Origin: Gammaproteobacteria bacterium
Lineage (GTDB): Bacteria; Pseudomonadota; Gammaproteobacteria; Pseudomonadales; Pseudohongiellaceae
Assembly (NCBI GenBank): GCA_021773355.1
Contig: JAJFKE010000026.1
Span: 50,358 to 114,357, forward strand
Reading direction: 5' to 3'
Length of the DNA: 64,000 nucleotides
The notes under the pieces were generated by a model. That model worked only from the letters and a program-made list of their open reading frames with translations, made no database searches and was not told the DNA's origin. Both the position numbers and the translations under genes were made by a program. Position 1 is the first letter of the stretch. Every line of letters starts with the position of its first letter. Positions 1 through 9,250 of the stretch are shown one piece after another.

Positions 1-185
1 AGAAAAAATGCTGACGTCACGGGTGAGTTCTTGCAAAGCATCGACATAAATCTATCCTAACAAGTCGGAAATTTTGCTTGGTTTGCAATAGACAAGATTG
101 ATGCGCTTTGGTGGGGTTTGGCTTTTATTTGGGGTGCCTTGTTACTTTTGATTCAGAATACCGGCTGGTTCGCTGAATCTGATCT

Positions 186-419
186 GTGGGATGCATGGGG
201 AGTATTCTTCACAGGCATCGGGGTTCTCCGCTGATCTGTGCGGGGATACGCTTACAGATACCTGCTTATCGAGGGAAATGGGTTTTCAGCACGGTATTTG
301 GCGTGATTTTCCTGGGCATGGGCTTGAGCGCCTGGCAAGCTGATTGGTGGATTTGGGTTGTTTTACTGGCGGTCATAGGGGCCGCCATCCTCATATCCGC
401 GTTTACCCGAAACAACTAA
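186..419 (+). CDS. hypothetical small membrane protein (weak call; possibly the 3' part of a disrupted gene)
   Basis: GTG-started 77-codon ORF. The C-terminal part (WVFSTVFGVIFLGMGLSAWQADWWIWVVLLAVIGAAILISAF) reads as two Trp-rich TM helices. The first ~30 residues do not look protein-like. Similar Trp-rich TM text lies in frame +1 at 61-231. Confidence 0.25.
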   Translation: MGCMGSILHRHRGSPLICAGIRLQIPAYRGKWVFSTVFGVIFLGMGLSAWQADWWIWVVLLAVIGAAILISAFTRNN

Positions 420-591
420 GCATTCAGATTTTCTATCAAGCGCAGGTGTTACATACCACCTGTCCCGATGCGCCATGGTTTTCTATAAACAGGAATCACT
501 GAGAGTCGTCACTCGAGGCTTGATCTATTGGTGACACGCGGTCACTGCATACTGTCGTTGAAGACTAGTGCCAAAATCAGTCCCAAACCCT

Positions 592-1140
592 TCATGCTAT
601 TTCAGAGTTTCTTGCGCCTGATTGATCAGCGGCTTTACCGGGCGCCGAAATTATCTTGATGTCATCTAGATAAACTTTGCCTGAAAGCGTAAATCTTACT
701 TTAACATTGACTATGCCCTTAACCCTCATTCCTTGTACCACTTTGCAATTTGTATCTTTCAATGCATTGCGTGCTGTTTCCATTGTGGAATCGCAGCCGA
801 GTACAATTGCCGTATCAAACTTCTGCGCCCTATGCTGTAGTCGTCGACGTTCGCGAGCCGTCCAAGCGCAAGCGAGGGGTTGGCGTGACAGGAATACATC
901 GGTTTTTATTCCTTTTTCCTCCAAGAGGTTTTGCATGGCAGAGAGGTATTGCGTCAAAGGAGGTGATTTTAGAAAACTCTTGAATATATCAAAGATAGGT
1001 TTTTTATCTCGAACTGCGACGCTGGTGGATGGGCACGTTCTACATGGGACAATCAGTACAGAATTCGATTCTTCAATTTCACCTATAAAATCTACATCCT
1101 CAAGATAAAGCGGCATCTTCTTAATCCTTCTCGTCTGCAC
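592..1140 (-). CDS. hypothetical protein with CRTCP motif, no family recognised
   Basis: 182-codon ORF with balanced, protein-like composition; a start at Met9 (nt 1116) is also possible. The antisense ORFs 677-1108 and 750-983 look like shadow frames. Confidence 0.4.
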   Translation of the reverse strand: MQTRRIKKMPLYLEDVDFIGEIEESNSVLIVPCRTCPSTSVAVRDKKPIFDIFKSFLKSPPLTQYLSAMQNLLEEKGIKTDVFLSRQPLACAWTARERRRLQHRAQKFDTAIVLGCDSTMETARNALKDTNCKVVQGMRVKGIVNVKVRFTLSGKVYLDDIKIISAPGKAADQSGARNSEIA

Positions 1141-1512
1141 TTCTGGACAACTCTACGATATTTCAGTGTTACCTGCTTGATGCTCGTCAATCGAAAGTAA
1201 ACTTTGTTCATTTAGTTTTTGGAATCGCGCTGCTCGCTGAATAATATTTTCTCAATCAGTCTAGGCTAAAGCCAGAGCAGTTTATTCAAGGCGATTCCAC
1301 AATCATCGTGAGCAAGCAGTCAGGGTGAATAGTTGAGCCGCCGGCTCGTGTACGAATAGTTCGCTGGATATCGGCGGCCTGCGTCGAAAAAGATGCTAAT
1401 AACGGACTTCGCCAATACAGATGCCATTGTGGGTAGTTTGTTATAGTCTTGCTCCTGTCTTTTAGAATCTCAATTCGGTCAATTTGATCTTCTACCGGGA
1501 GCCAGCAGGTCC

Positions 1513-4038
1513 ATGAAATATTTCCAACGTTATCAGTTCGTTCTATTCCTCGCTTTGAGTTTGCTAAGTGTGGACTTATTGGCCCAGGCTCGCTTCTACC
1601 CGGCGGCACGCAGTGGGGGTAACTATATGCATAATTTCTACTTCCCACCGTCTCCCAGCGCGACACCCTGGGCTCCGGATTGGTCACCAGATGGCCAGTG
1701 GATCGCCGTTGCCATGCAGGGCAGTATCTGGAAGGTGGATCCCACGGATGGCAGCGCCTATGAGTTGAGTTACAGCGATGCCTATCATTCTTCTCCGGAC
1801 TGGTCGCCGGACGGGCGCTGGATTATCTATACCGCGGACTATGATCATCAGCGTATCCAACTGGAAATTTTGGATACCGTCACTGGTGTTGCTCAAAAAC
1901 TCACCGACGATCAAGCGGTTTATACCGATCCGGTATTTTCTCCCGATGGCAGCAAGGTGGCCTATGTGTCCACCAATCCCAGTGGCTATTTCAATGTCTA
2001 TGTACGAGCCATCACTGGTGGGCAATTCAGCGGAGAGCCGGTGGCAATAAGTCGTGACAATGAATACGGCAGCAACAGGCTATATTTCGGCAGTGGTGAC
2101 ATGCATATAACACCTGCCTGGCTGCCAAATGGTGAAGAGCTATTGCTGGTTTCGAATCGCAATGTGCCGCTGGGCTCTGGTAATGTGCTGCGTGTCCCCG
2201 CGGTGGAAGATGGCATACTTCGGGCCACCACTGTTCTGGCCGAGCAGACGCTGTATCGCACCAGGCCAGATGTATCCATTGACGGGCGTCGCTTTGTTTA
2301 CACATCGACCAGCGGATCTGCCGATCAATTCAATAATCTCTACGTGCAACCCAGCAACGGCGGTGAGCCCTATAAGATGACATTCTTTCAGCACGATGCC
2401 TTCCATCCGCGTTGGTCACCGGATGGAGAATGGATCGCTTTTATTTCCAACGAGGGCGGTTTACCTAAGTTAAATTTGTTGGAAACCTATGGCGGAAAGT
2501 TAATAGCAGTTGAAATTAGCGAATTGCATTTCAAACGTCCTATGGGTGTATTGAAAGTACATGTCACCGATAGCATTGGTGCTGCAACACATAATCGGAT
2601 TCATCTTCAGGCTGCTGATGGCAAGTTCTACACGCCAAATAATGCCTATGCCCGTGCTGGCAGTAGAGGCGATTTAATATTTCACAATGCTGGAGACTTC
2701 GAAGTTAGTTTGCCAGTTGGTGAAGCCTCTTTGGATTTTGTGAAAGGCTTTGAATATCTTCCGCAGAGGCACAGTGTTGAAATTGAACAGGGAGAAGTTA
2801 CGCAGTTGACGGTCGAGCTACAGCAGATGACAGACATGGGCGCTAAGGGTTGGTATAGCGCGTCGACTCATGTACACGCAAATTATGGTGGCAATCTGCA
2901 CAATACGCTTGAGAATTTGATGATGATGTCCCGATCTGAAGACCAGGACCTGGTGTTGGAGCAGGTGGCAAACAAAGATAATCGCATCCTGGACTATCAG
3001 TTCTTTGTACCCGGTGGTGGACCCCATCCGCTTTCTGAACCGGATCAGATTGTGGTGGTAGGGCAGGAGTACCGGCCGCCATTCTATGGTCACGTGTTCA
3101 TGTTTGGCATGCGCGAACACCTGATTTCACCTTTCGTGACTGGCTATGAAGGCACCGCCATAGAGAGCCTGTATCCCAGTAATACCGATATGTTTCTGAA
3201 GGCCAAGGCGCAGGGCGCTGTTACCGGTTATGTGCATCCCTATCTTGGAGAAATAGATCCACTGGAAGGCAATTTGGGCGGCGGCAAGGGCTTTATGGTA
3301 GATGCGGCCCTGGGTACTACGGATGCTCTGGAATGGTCTGATTCCGCGACCGCGGGCTTTTATCCGCTGTACACTGTCTGGAACAATGGCCTGCGGGTTA
3401 CCGCCACCGGTGGAGAAGACTCAATTTCCTCGCTGCACCGCAGCAAGCTGGTGGGTTCCTATCGCACCTATGTTTATACCGGAAATTTAGGGTTGGACAT
3501 GGATGCCTGGTTCAATGGTTTGAAACGTGGTCGAGCCTTTGTCAGTTCTGGTCCCTTGCTGGAAATGCAGGTTGGAACCGCCATGCCGGGAGATACGATT
3601 CAACTACCCGCTACTGGAGGCGAGGTGACCATTAGCGGTAGACTGCGCTCCATTACCGATCTTGAGCAGCTGGTCCTGGTCTGCAACGGAGAGTTGGTGC
3701 AAAGCTTCCCGCTACGCAGAAATCCCAACAGCCTCGATATTTCTTTCGAACACACTATTGATCGCAGTGGCTGGTGTCACCTGCGCACCGAAGGGAAACC
3801 CGCTGAACGATTTCCTCTGGACGTGGGTTATGCACAAGCGTTTACCAACCCCATCTGGTTTCAAGTTGGTGATCTACCGATTCGCAACCCACAATCGGTA
3901 GATTACGCTATTCGCTGGATAGACAAGTTGCAAGAATTGGCAGATGCCTGGCCTGGTTGGCGTTCAGAAACTGAGAAGGCCCACGTGTTTGCTCAGTTCG
4001 AACAGGCGCGACAGGTCTATAGAAGTAAGCTTAATTAA
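1513..4038 (+). CDS. exported TolB-like beta-propeller fused to a PHP/CehA-McbA-type metallohydrolase domain
   Basis: Signal peptide ending LLAQA. Repeated PDWSPDGQWIA / PDWSPDGRWII / FSPDGSKVAYVS / WSPDGEWIAF blades in the first ~330 aa. His cluster STHVHANYGGN and FTNPIWF tail in the C-terminal half, as in CehA/McbA-type hydrolases. Confidence 0.7.
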   Translation: MKYFQRYQFVLFLALSLLSVDLLAQARFYPAARSGGNYMHNFYFPPSPSATPWAPDWSPDGQWIAVAMQGSIWKVDPTDGSAYELSYSDAYHSSPDWSPDGRWIIYTADYDHQRIQLEILDTVTGVAQKLTDDQAVYTDPVFSPDGSKVAYVSTNPSGYFNVYVRAITGGQFSGEPVAISRDNEYGSNRLYFGSGDMHITPAWLPNGEELLLVSNRNVPLGSGNVLRVPAVEDGILRATTVLAEQTLYRTRPDVSIDGRRFVYTSTSGSADQFNNLYVQPSNGGEPYKMTFFQHDAFHPRWSPDGEWIAFISNEGGLPKLNLLETYGGKLIAVEISELHFKRPMGVLKVHVTDSIGAATHNRIHLQAADGKFYTPNNAYARAGSRGDLIFHNAGDFEVSLPVGEASLDFVKGFEYLPQRHSVEIEQGEVTQLTVELQQMTDMGAKGWYSASTHVHANYGGNLHNTLENLMMMSRSEDQDLVLEQVANKDNRILDYQFFVPGGGPHPLSEPDQIVVVGQEYRPPFYGHVFMFGMREHLISPFVTGYEGTAIESLYPSNTDMFLKAKAQGAVTGYVHPYLGEIDPLEGNLGGGKGFMVDAALGTTDALEWSDSATAGFYPLYTVWNNGLRVTATGGEDSISSLHRSKLVGSYRTYVYTGNLGLDMDAWFNGLKRGRAFVSSGPLLEMQVGTAMPGDTIQLPATGGEVTISGRLRSITDLEQLVLVCNGELVQSFPLRRNPNSLDISFEHTIDRSGWCHLRTEGKPAERFPLDVGYAQAFTNPIWFQVGDLPIRNPQSVDYAIRWIDKLQELADAWPGWRSETEKAHVFAQFEQARQVYRSKLN

Positions 4039-5467
4039 TGCTTGGCAGATCCGACTCTGCGCTGTGCGTGGAGTTGGATGATCGTAGCAAACCTATGCCT
4101 AAAATGGCCATGCCAATGGATATGAAGGGGTTCAAGTAATTGAAGAAAGCATAGGGCAGGTAGTCGAGAACCGGTACGCCCAGCGTAGCTGCATAGAATG
4201 CCCCGGCCGTAGTCCAGGGAATCAAGCCGGTTGTCAGGGTAGATCCTTCCTCTACCGAGCGTGACAGAATCGATTTTTCTAGATCGTGCTGTTCGTATTT
4301 CTGCCGGAATAACTGGCAATTTAAAATTATGGAGATATAGGCTTCACCCATTGCCATATTGCCAATAATTCCTGAGCAGATGGTGGTCGCGATCAATGCC
4401 CCCACATGCTGTATGCGATCGATAATTCCGGACAATAGAGTGGCGAGAAATCCCGCGCCATGCAATATACCTCCCAATGCCAGTGCCATCAGTGCCAGTA
4501 TAAGTGTCCAACTCATGCTTGCTATTCCACCCCGGCCCAGCAAGTCGTCCAGGTTCGCGATACCCGTATTGCCCGGCGTGTTTTGCCATAGCGAGTTAAG
4601 CACCGCTACCAAGTCTTGTTGCTGATAGACAATGGCAATAACTACGGCCGTCACTATGCTGATGGACATGGTGATCTCGGCCGGAACTCTGCGGATACTG
4701 AGGGTGGCTAACAAGACTATTGGAACCAGTGTAATCAGAGGTGACAGGGAATAAGTTTCAGCTAATGCCTTTCGGATATTCGAGATTTCGTTCGCGGCGA
4801 AAGCACTGTCGCCGTAGTTGCTGCCAACCAGTAGAAATATCACCAGTGCTACTACTAAAGAAGGCACAGTGGTGAATAGCATCGCATAGATATGTCTGTA
4901 CAGGTTTGTTTCGGCGCTCATCGCGGCCAGATTGGTGGTATCGGATATGGGCGACATCTTGTCGCCGAAGGTGGCGCCGCAAATTATCATGCCGGCGACC
5001 AAGGGCAGGGGTATACCCATGGCGCCGCCAATACCGATGAATACAACGCCCAGTGTGCCAACCGTACCCCAGGAAGTGCCGGTGGCCACAGACATGATTG
5101 CGCATAACAGCATGCCTACGCCGAGAAACAGGGAAGGCGACAACCAGTTGAGGCCGTAATACATCAGCGTGGCTATGGTGCCACTGTGCATAAAGCTGGC
5201 GATCACCATTCCGATGAGAATAAATATATAGATTGCAGGTAGAGCCCTGGCTATTGATTCCGCCATTAGAGCGCGAATGGCAGGGTAGGAGAAACCAAGA
5301 AAGCGCGCATGTAGACCCGCCCAGAGCAGGCATAGAAACATTAAGCTGTGCAGGTCAACGCCCAGTACAAATAGCCCCACAGCTATGATGGCGATAACCC
5401 CCAGAAAGCAAACAAGGGACTGCAGCAGGCTACTCTGTCTAACTTGCTTGGATTGCGTGGATGCCAT
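4031..5467 (-). CDS. nhaC: Na+/H+ antiporter, NhaC family
   Basis: Polytopic membrane protein with NhaC-like segments (ATGTSWGTVGTLGVVFIGIG, GDKMSPISDTTNLAA). I start it at ATG 5467 (MASTQSK...) rather than the ORF-track start at 5539. Its 3' end overlaps the convergent gene by 8 nt. Confidence 0.7.
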   Translation of the reverse strand: MASTQSKQVRQSSLLQSLVCFLGVIAIIAVGLFVLGVDLHSLMFLCLLWAGLHARFLGFSYPAIRALMAESIARALPAIYIFILIGMVIASFMHSGTIATLMYYGLNWLSPSLFLGVGMLLCAIMSVATGTSWGTVGTLGVVFIGIGGAMGIPLPLVAGMIICGATFGDKMSPISDTTNLAAMSAETNLYRHIYAMLFTTVPSLVVALVIFLLVGSNYGDSAFAANEISNIRKALAETYSLSPLITLVPIVLLATLSIRRVPAEITMSISIVTAVVIAIVYQQQDLVAVLNSLWQNTPGNTGIANLDDLLGRGGIASMSWTLILALMALALGGILHGAGFLATLLSGIIDRIQHVGALIATTICSGIIGNMAMGEAYISIILNCQLFRQKYEQHDLEKSILSRSVEEGSTLTTGLIPWTTAGAFYAATLGVPVLDYLPYAFFNYLNPFISIGMAILGIGLLRSSNSTHSAESDLPSIN

Positions 5468-5556
5468 GGGGAGCCAGCATATAAACAATTGGGGTGAGAG
5501 TAAAATTTTGCTAAGCTCAACTGTCTCATATGCTGGCAATCACTGCCGAGGGTAAA

Positions 5557-5838
5557 ATGGATCTGTCTTGGATGGCCTGGACTGTGCCCACCGCGATCTT
5601 CTTTAGCGTAATCGCGACTCTCATCGTGACACTGTCTATTTGGGAGTACTTTAGTCCGGGTGGTGGCCCTCGCCTGGGGATATTGCGCTTCGAAACTACG
5701 CGTGGGGACAGGTTGTTTGTTTCCCTATTGGGTAGTGCATTTATCTGCATGGCCTGGCTTGGTCTGGTCGGTCTGAATCTGTGGTGGGGCCTGGCCATTT
5801 GTGCCGTCTACGCAGTATTGGTCTTCATTTTTGTATAG
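5557..5838 (+). CDS. DUF2160-type small integral membrane protein
   Basis: MDLSWMAWTVPTA N-terminus and TTRGDRLF motif, as I recall for DUF2160. GAGG lies 6 nt upstream of ATG 5557; the ORF-track start at 5530 is also possible. Confidence 0.55.
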   Translation: MDLSWMAWTVPTAIFFSVIATLIVTLSIWEYFSPGGGPRLGILRFETTRGDRLFVSLLGSAFICMAWLGLVGLNLWWGLAICAVYAVLVFIFV

Positions 5839-5878
5839 AGTCCAAATTAGAAATTGGTTTAAACCTGAGGGGTTTTGA

Positions 5879-7594
5879 ATGTCTGCTCATGAATTAAAAT
5901 TTCGAAGAACGCTGCTAAGTTGTGCGGTTTTATGTTCAACAGCGGTCTCGGTGTTTGCGGATGTGGAGGACGCACAACGCTGGCTACCCGAATTTCAACC
6001 ATCCACCCTAAACAATGAGCAACAACTCGCCGAGATGCAGTGGTTTATAGCCGCGGCAAGGCCGTACGCAGGCATGGAAATAAAAGTTGTATCGGAAACT
6101 ATCACCACTCATGAATACGAAGCACAAGTACTAGCCAAGGCCTTCAGCGAGATAACTGGAATTCAGGTTACTCATGACCTGATCGGCGAGGGGGATGTGG
6201 TTGAGAAACTACAAACTCAGATGCAGTCAGGCGAGAATATTTACGATGCCTACGTCAACGACTCAGATTTAATAGGCACTCACTTTCGTTATCAGCAAGT
6301 TCGAAATCTAAGTGATTGGATGACAAATGAAGCGGTTGATGTGACTTCTCCAACACTGGATCTGGAAGACTTTATTGGCTTGTCTTTTACCACCGGTCCT
6401 GATGGCAAGGTGTATCAATTACCTGACCAACAGTTCGCCAATCTGTACTGGTTTCGCTATGACTGGTTTACAGACCCGGAGATCAAGCGGCAATTCAGCG
6501 ACACATACGGTTATGAACTTGGCGTTCCAGTGAACTGGTCTGCTTACGAAGATATCGCAGAATTTTTTAGTAATGATATCGGCGAGATCGATGGTCGGAA
6601 AGTTTATGGACATATGGATTACGGCAAGAAAGATCCGTCGCTGGGATGGCGCTTTACCGATGCCTGGTTATCGATGGCTGGTGCCGGCGACAAGGGCAGT
6701 CCTAATGGACTGCCGGTTGACGAGTGGGGCCTGCGTGTCGATGGATGCAGAACAGTAGGCTCTACGGTTGAACGTGGCGGTGCCACCGATGGGCCGGCGG
6801 CGGTTTATTCGGTGACTAAATACGTTGACTGGTTGCAGCGTTATGCGCCTCCCGAGGCAGCAGGCATGGTATTCAGTGAGGCAGGCCCGGTTCCAGCCCA
6901 GGGTAATATTGCCCAGCAGATTTTCTGGTATACCACATTCACCGCCGACATGGTGCTTCCTGGCCTGCCTGTTATGAATGATGATGGCACGCCGAAATGG
7001 CGCATGGCCCCATCTCCTCATGGCGCCTATTGGGAAGAGGGACAGAAACTCGGTTATCAGGACACCGGATCCTGGACCCTGATGAAATCCACACCGGTAG
7101 ATAGAGCAAAAGCGGCCTGGTTGTATGCGCAGTTTGTTACTTCAAAGACAGTCTCTCTGAAGAAGAGTCATGTCGGTCTTACTATTATTCGTGACTCAGA
7201 TATTCGCCATGAAAGTTTCACTGAGCGTTCTGCGGAGCTGGGTGGCCTGGTAGAATTCTATAGGTCCCCAGCACGGGTGCAGTGGACTCCAACTGGCACC
7301 AATGTACCGGACTATCCGCGTCTGGCGCAATTGTGGTGGCAGAATATCGGTGATGCTTCCTCCGGTGCGAAGACTCCGCAGGAAGCGATGACTGCCCTCG
7401 CCGTTGCACAGGAACGTTTACTGCAAAGACTGCAGAGAGCTGGGGTATTGGGCGAATGTGGTCCTCAATTGAACGAGCCGCAGAGCCGCGACTACTGGCT
7501 GAATCAGCCGGGAGCACCGAAACCAAAATTAGCCAACGAAAAACCACAGGGAATCACTATAGACTATGATGAGTTAGTGCGTTCTTGGCAGTAA
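5879..7594 (+). CDS. large ABC-transporter periplasmic substrate-binding protein (family 1 / CUT1-like)
   Basis: Signal peptide (LLSCAVLCSTAVSVFA). The 571-aa length and text such as WRFTDAWLSMAGAGDKG fit the ~570-aa SBPs that follow DUF2160 genes. GAGGGG SD lies 7 nt upstream of the ATG. Confidence 0.65.
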   Translation: MSAHELKFRRTLLSCAVLCSTAVSVFADVEDAQRWLPEFQPSTLNNEQQLAEMQWFIAAARPYAGMEIKVVSETITTHEYEAQVLAKAFSEITGIQVTHDLIGEGDVVEKLQTQMQSGENIYDAYVNDSDLIGTHFRYQQVRNLSDWMTNEAVDVTSPTLDLEDFIGLSFTTGPDGKVYQLPDQQFANLYWFRYDWFTDPEIKRQFSDTYGYELGVPVNWSAYEDIAEFFSNDIGEIDGRKVYGHMDYGKKDPSLGWRFTDAWLSMAGAGDKGSPNGLPVDEWGLRVDGCRTVGSTVERGGATDGPAAVYSVTKYVDWLQRYAPPEAAGMVFSEAGPVPAQGNIAQQIFWYTTFTADMVLPGLPVMNDDGTPKWRMAPSPHGAYWEEGQKLGYQDTGSWTLMKSTPVDRAKAAWLYAQFVTSKTVSLKKSHVGLTIIRDSDIRHESFTERSAELGGLVEFYRSPARVQWTPTGTNVPDYPRLAQLWWQNIGDASSGAKTPQEAMTALAVAQERLLQRLQRAGVLGECGPQLNEPQSRDYWLNQPGAPKPKLANEKPQGITIDYDELVRSWQ

Positions 7595-7632
7595 TCCTAG
7601 TAGCTATAACGCTAGTAAAATTCGGAGACAAT

Positions 7633-9045
7633 ATGTATAACAAATATCGCTTGTTAGGTAGTGGCTTAACTGTAGCTGTGGCTCTAATATTCCTGAACGG
7701 AATTTCGAATGCGCAGGTACCTGCCGCTACCGTCACAGGGCCAATTGCCGCGGATAAGGCCGGTAGTGGAACGCTTAATACTATTTATAGTGCATCTGCC
7801 ATAGAGTTAACAGAAAACGGCTATGTGGAAGAAGAATATTTTATGGAAGGCAGGGCTAATCGCTATAGCAGCGTGGAGCTGGAAACTGCAGAAGTCGTCG
7901 ATAGCGGCCATCGCTATAAGACACGCCTTATTGTGCGTCGGCCCATGTCAGCACAGAATTTCAATGGCATCGTTATTGTCGAGTGGATAAATGTAACCGG
8001 CGGACCTGACAAAGACATTGATTGGTGGCAGTCCGGTACGCATTTTATCCGCAACGGCTACGCCTATGTCGTGGTATCGGCGCAACAGATGGGCATCGAT
8101 ACAATGAAACAGTGGAGTCCCGCTCGCTATGACTCATTAGATACAAGCCATGACGGCATGCTGAGTCGTGATGAACTCTCCTACGATATATTCTCGGCTG
8201 TGGGCAAGGCAATTAATCGTGTGGGCGAATCTACTCCGGCAAGCGCGGTGGATATACTGAATGGCCTCAAGGCGGAACAAATAATAGCAACCGGACACTC
8301 TCAGTCAGCCAGTCGTCTTGCCACCTATCTAAACAACGTGCATCCGATAGACCCAGTCTACGACGGTGTTATGGTGCACGGCGGCGGTGGCCGCATCAGA
8401 GACGACCAGCCGGTGAAGATATTTAAAATCATGGCAGAAACCGACATGGCCCGTCGCGCGGCAAGTCCGCAACCGGACAGTGCGAACTTTCGTCAGTGGG
8501 AAGTAGCCGGCAGCTCTCATGTCGATGTCCCCTTCGAAATCGAGTATGCCAAGGTAAGGAATCTGCGGGAGGCCTTACCCATTGATAATGTTCAGCCAAG
8601 AGAGCAGGCCTGTGACCTGCCCACTTATAGCCGTGTACCCTTTCGTGATGTGATGAATGCGGCTTTCGAGCATTTGGTGGTATGGATTCGAGATGGCGTG
8701 GCACCACCCACAGCTGATCGCCTTCAGCTGGCTCGCGTGATACCTACGGTTGAATTTGCACGTGATGAATACGGCAACGTGCTGGGCGGCATTCGTCTGG
8801 CGGAACATGTGGTCGCTACAGCAAAGAACACGGGCATGAACAAGGGTAGCAATCGATTCTGTGGTCTTTATGGTTCCCATCAACCTTTCGATCAAGCCAC
8901 CTTGGACAAACTCTACCCGAGCAAGGAGAGTTATGTGAGTGCGGTGCGCGAAGTAGTGGGCCAGAACCTTTCCGACGGTTATATTCTGCCAATTGCAGCG
9001 CAGCAGACAATTTCTCAGGCCCAGGCATCTAATATGGGACGCTAG
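7633..9045 (+). CDS. exported alpha/beta-hydrolase-like protein with an EF-hand-type calcium loop
   Basis: Signal peptide (ALIFLNGISNAQV). GHSQSA nucleophile-elbow-like motif. Canonical 12-residue EF-hand loop DTSHDGMLSRDE at nt 8140-8175. GGAGA SD precedes ATG 7633; the ORF-track start at 7585 overlaps the previous gene. Confidence 0.5.
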   Translation: MYNKYRLLGSGLTVAVALIFLNGISNAQVPAATVTGPIAADKAGSGTLNTIYSASAIELTENGYVEEEYFMEGRANRYSSVELETAEVVDSGHRYKTRLIVRRPMSAQNFNGIVIVEWINVTGGPDKDIDWWQSGTHFIRNGYAYVVVSAQQMGIDTMKQWSPARYDSLDTSHDGMLSRDELSYDIFSAVGKAINRVGESTPASAVDILNGLKAEQIIATGHSQSASRLATYLNNVHPIDPVYDGVMVHGGGGRIRDDQPVKIFKIMAETDMARRAASPQPDSANFRQWEVAGSSHVDVPFEIEYAKVRNLREALPIDNVQPREQACDLPTYSRVPFRDVMNAAFEHLVVWIRDGVAPPTADRLQLARVIPTVEFARDEYGNVLGGIRLAEHVVATAKNTGMNKGSNRFCGLYGSHQPFDQATLDKLYPSKESYVSAVREVVGQNLSDGYILPIAAQQTISQAQASNMGR

Positions 9046-9070
9046 TATATTTACGGAAGTTCGAAATCTC

Positions 9071-9225
9071 TAAGGACCCTCTGATTAACTCCAAATTTGC
9101 GCGGCCTGAAGCGCCCATCTTCGTCGTTGCCGTTCTTGCTAAGGGAGTGATCATTAGCGGCAAACGGCGCCTAGAATCTGTACGCTTCAGGCCACGCAAA
9201 TTTGGAGTTAATCAGAGGGTCCTTA
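9071..9225. mobile_element. MITE-like element: 43-bp terminal inverted repeats around a 69-bp core
   Basis: The left arm at 9071-9113 (taaggaccctctgattaactccaaatttgcgcggcctgaagcg) is the reverse complement of the right arm at 9183-9225 with one mismatch. The outermost TA on each side could be a TA target duplication. The element sits between convergent genes and has no coding capacity. Confidence 0.5.
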
Positions 9226-9250
9226 ATTAGTAAGAGGGCGTCGAATGTGT

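Noticed and set aside
1286-1687. 133-aa minus-strand ORF overlapping the 5' end of the TolB-like gene.
   Set aside because: It has a low-complexity, Arg/Pro/Ser-rich non-protein-like translation and overlaps a strongly supported gene start. It is likely a shadow ORF.
4758-5333. 191-aa alternative-frame ORF inside nhaC.
   Set aside because: It has an Arg/His-rich translation typical of an off-frame read of a membrane-protein gene. The NhaC frame has clear family motifs.
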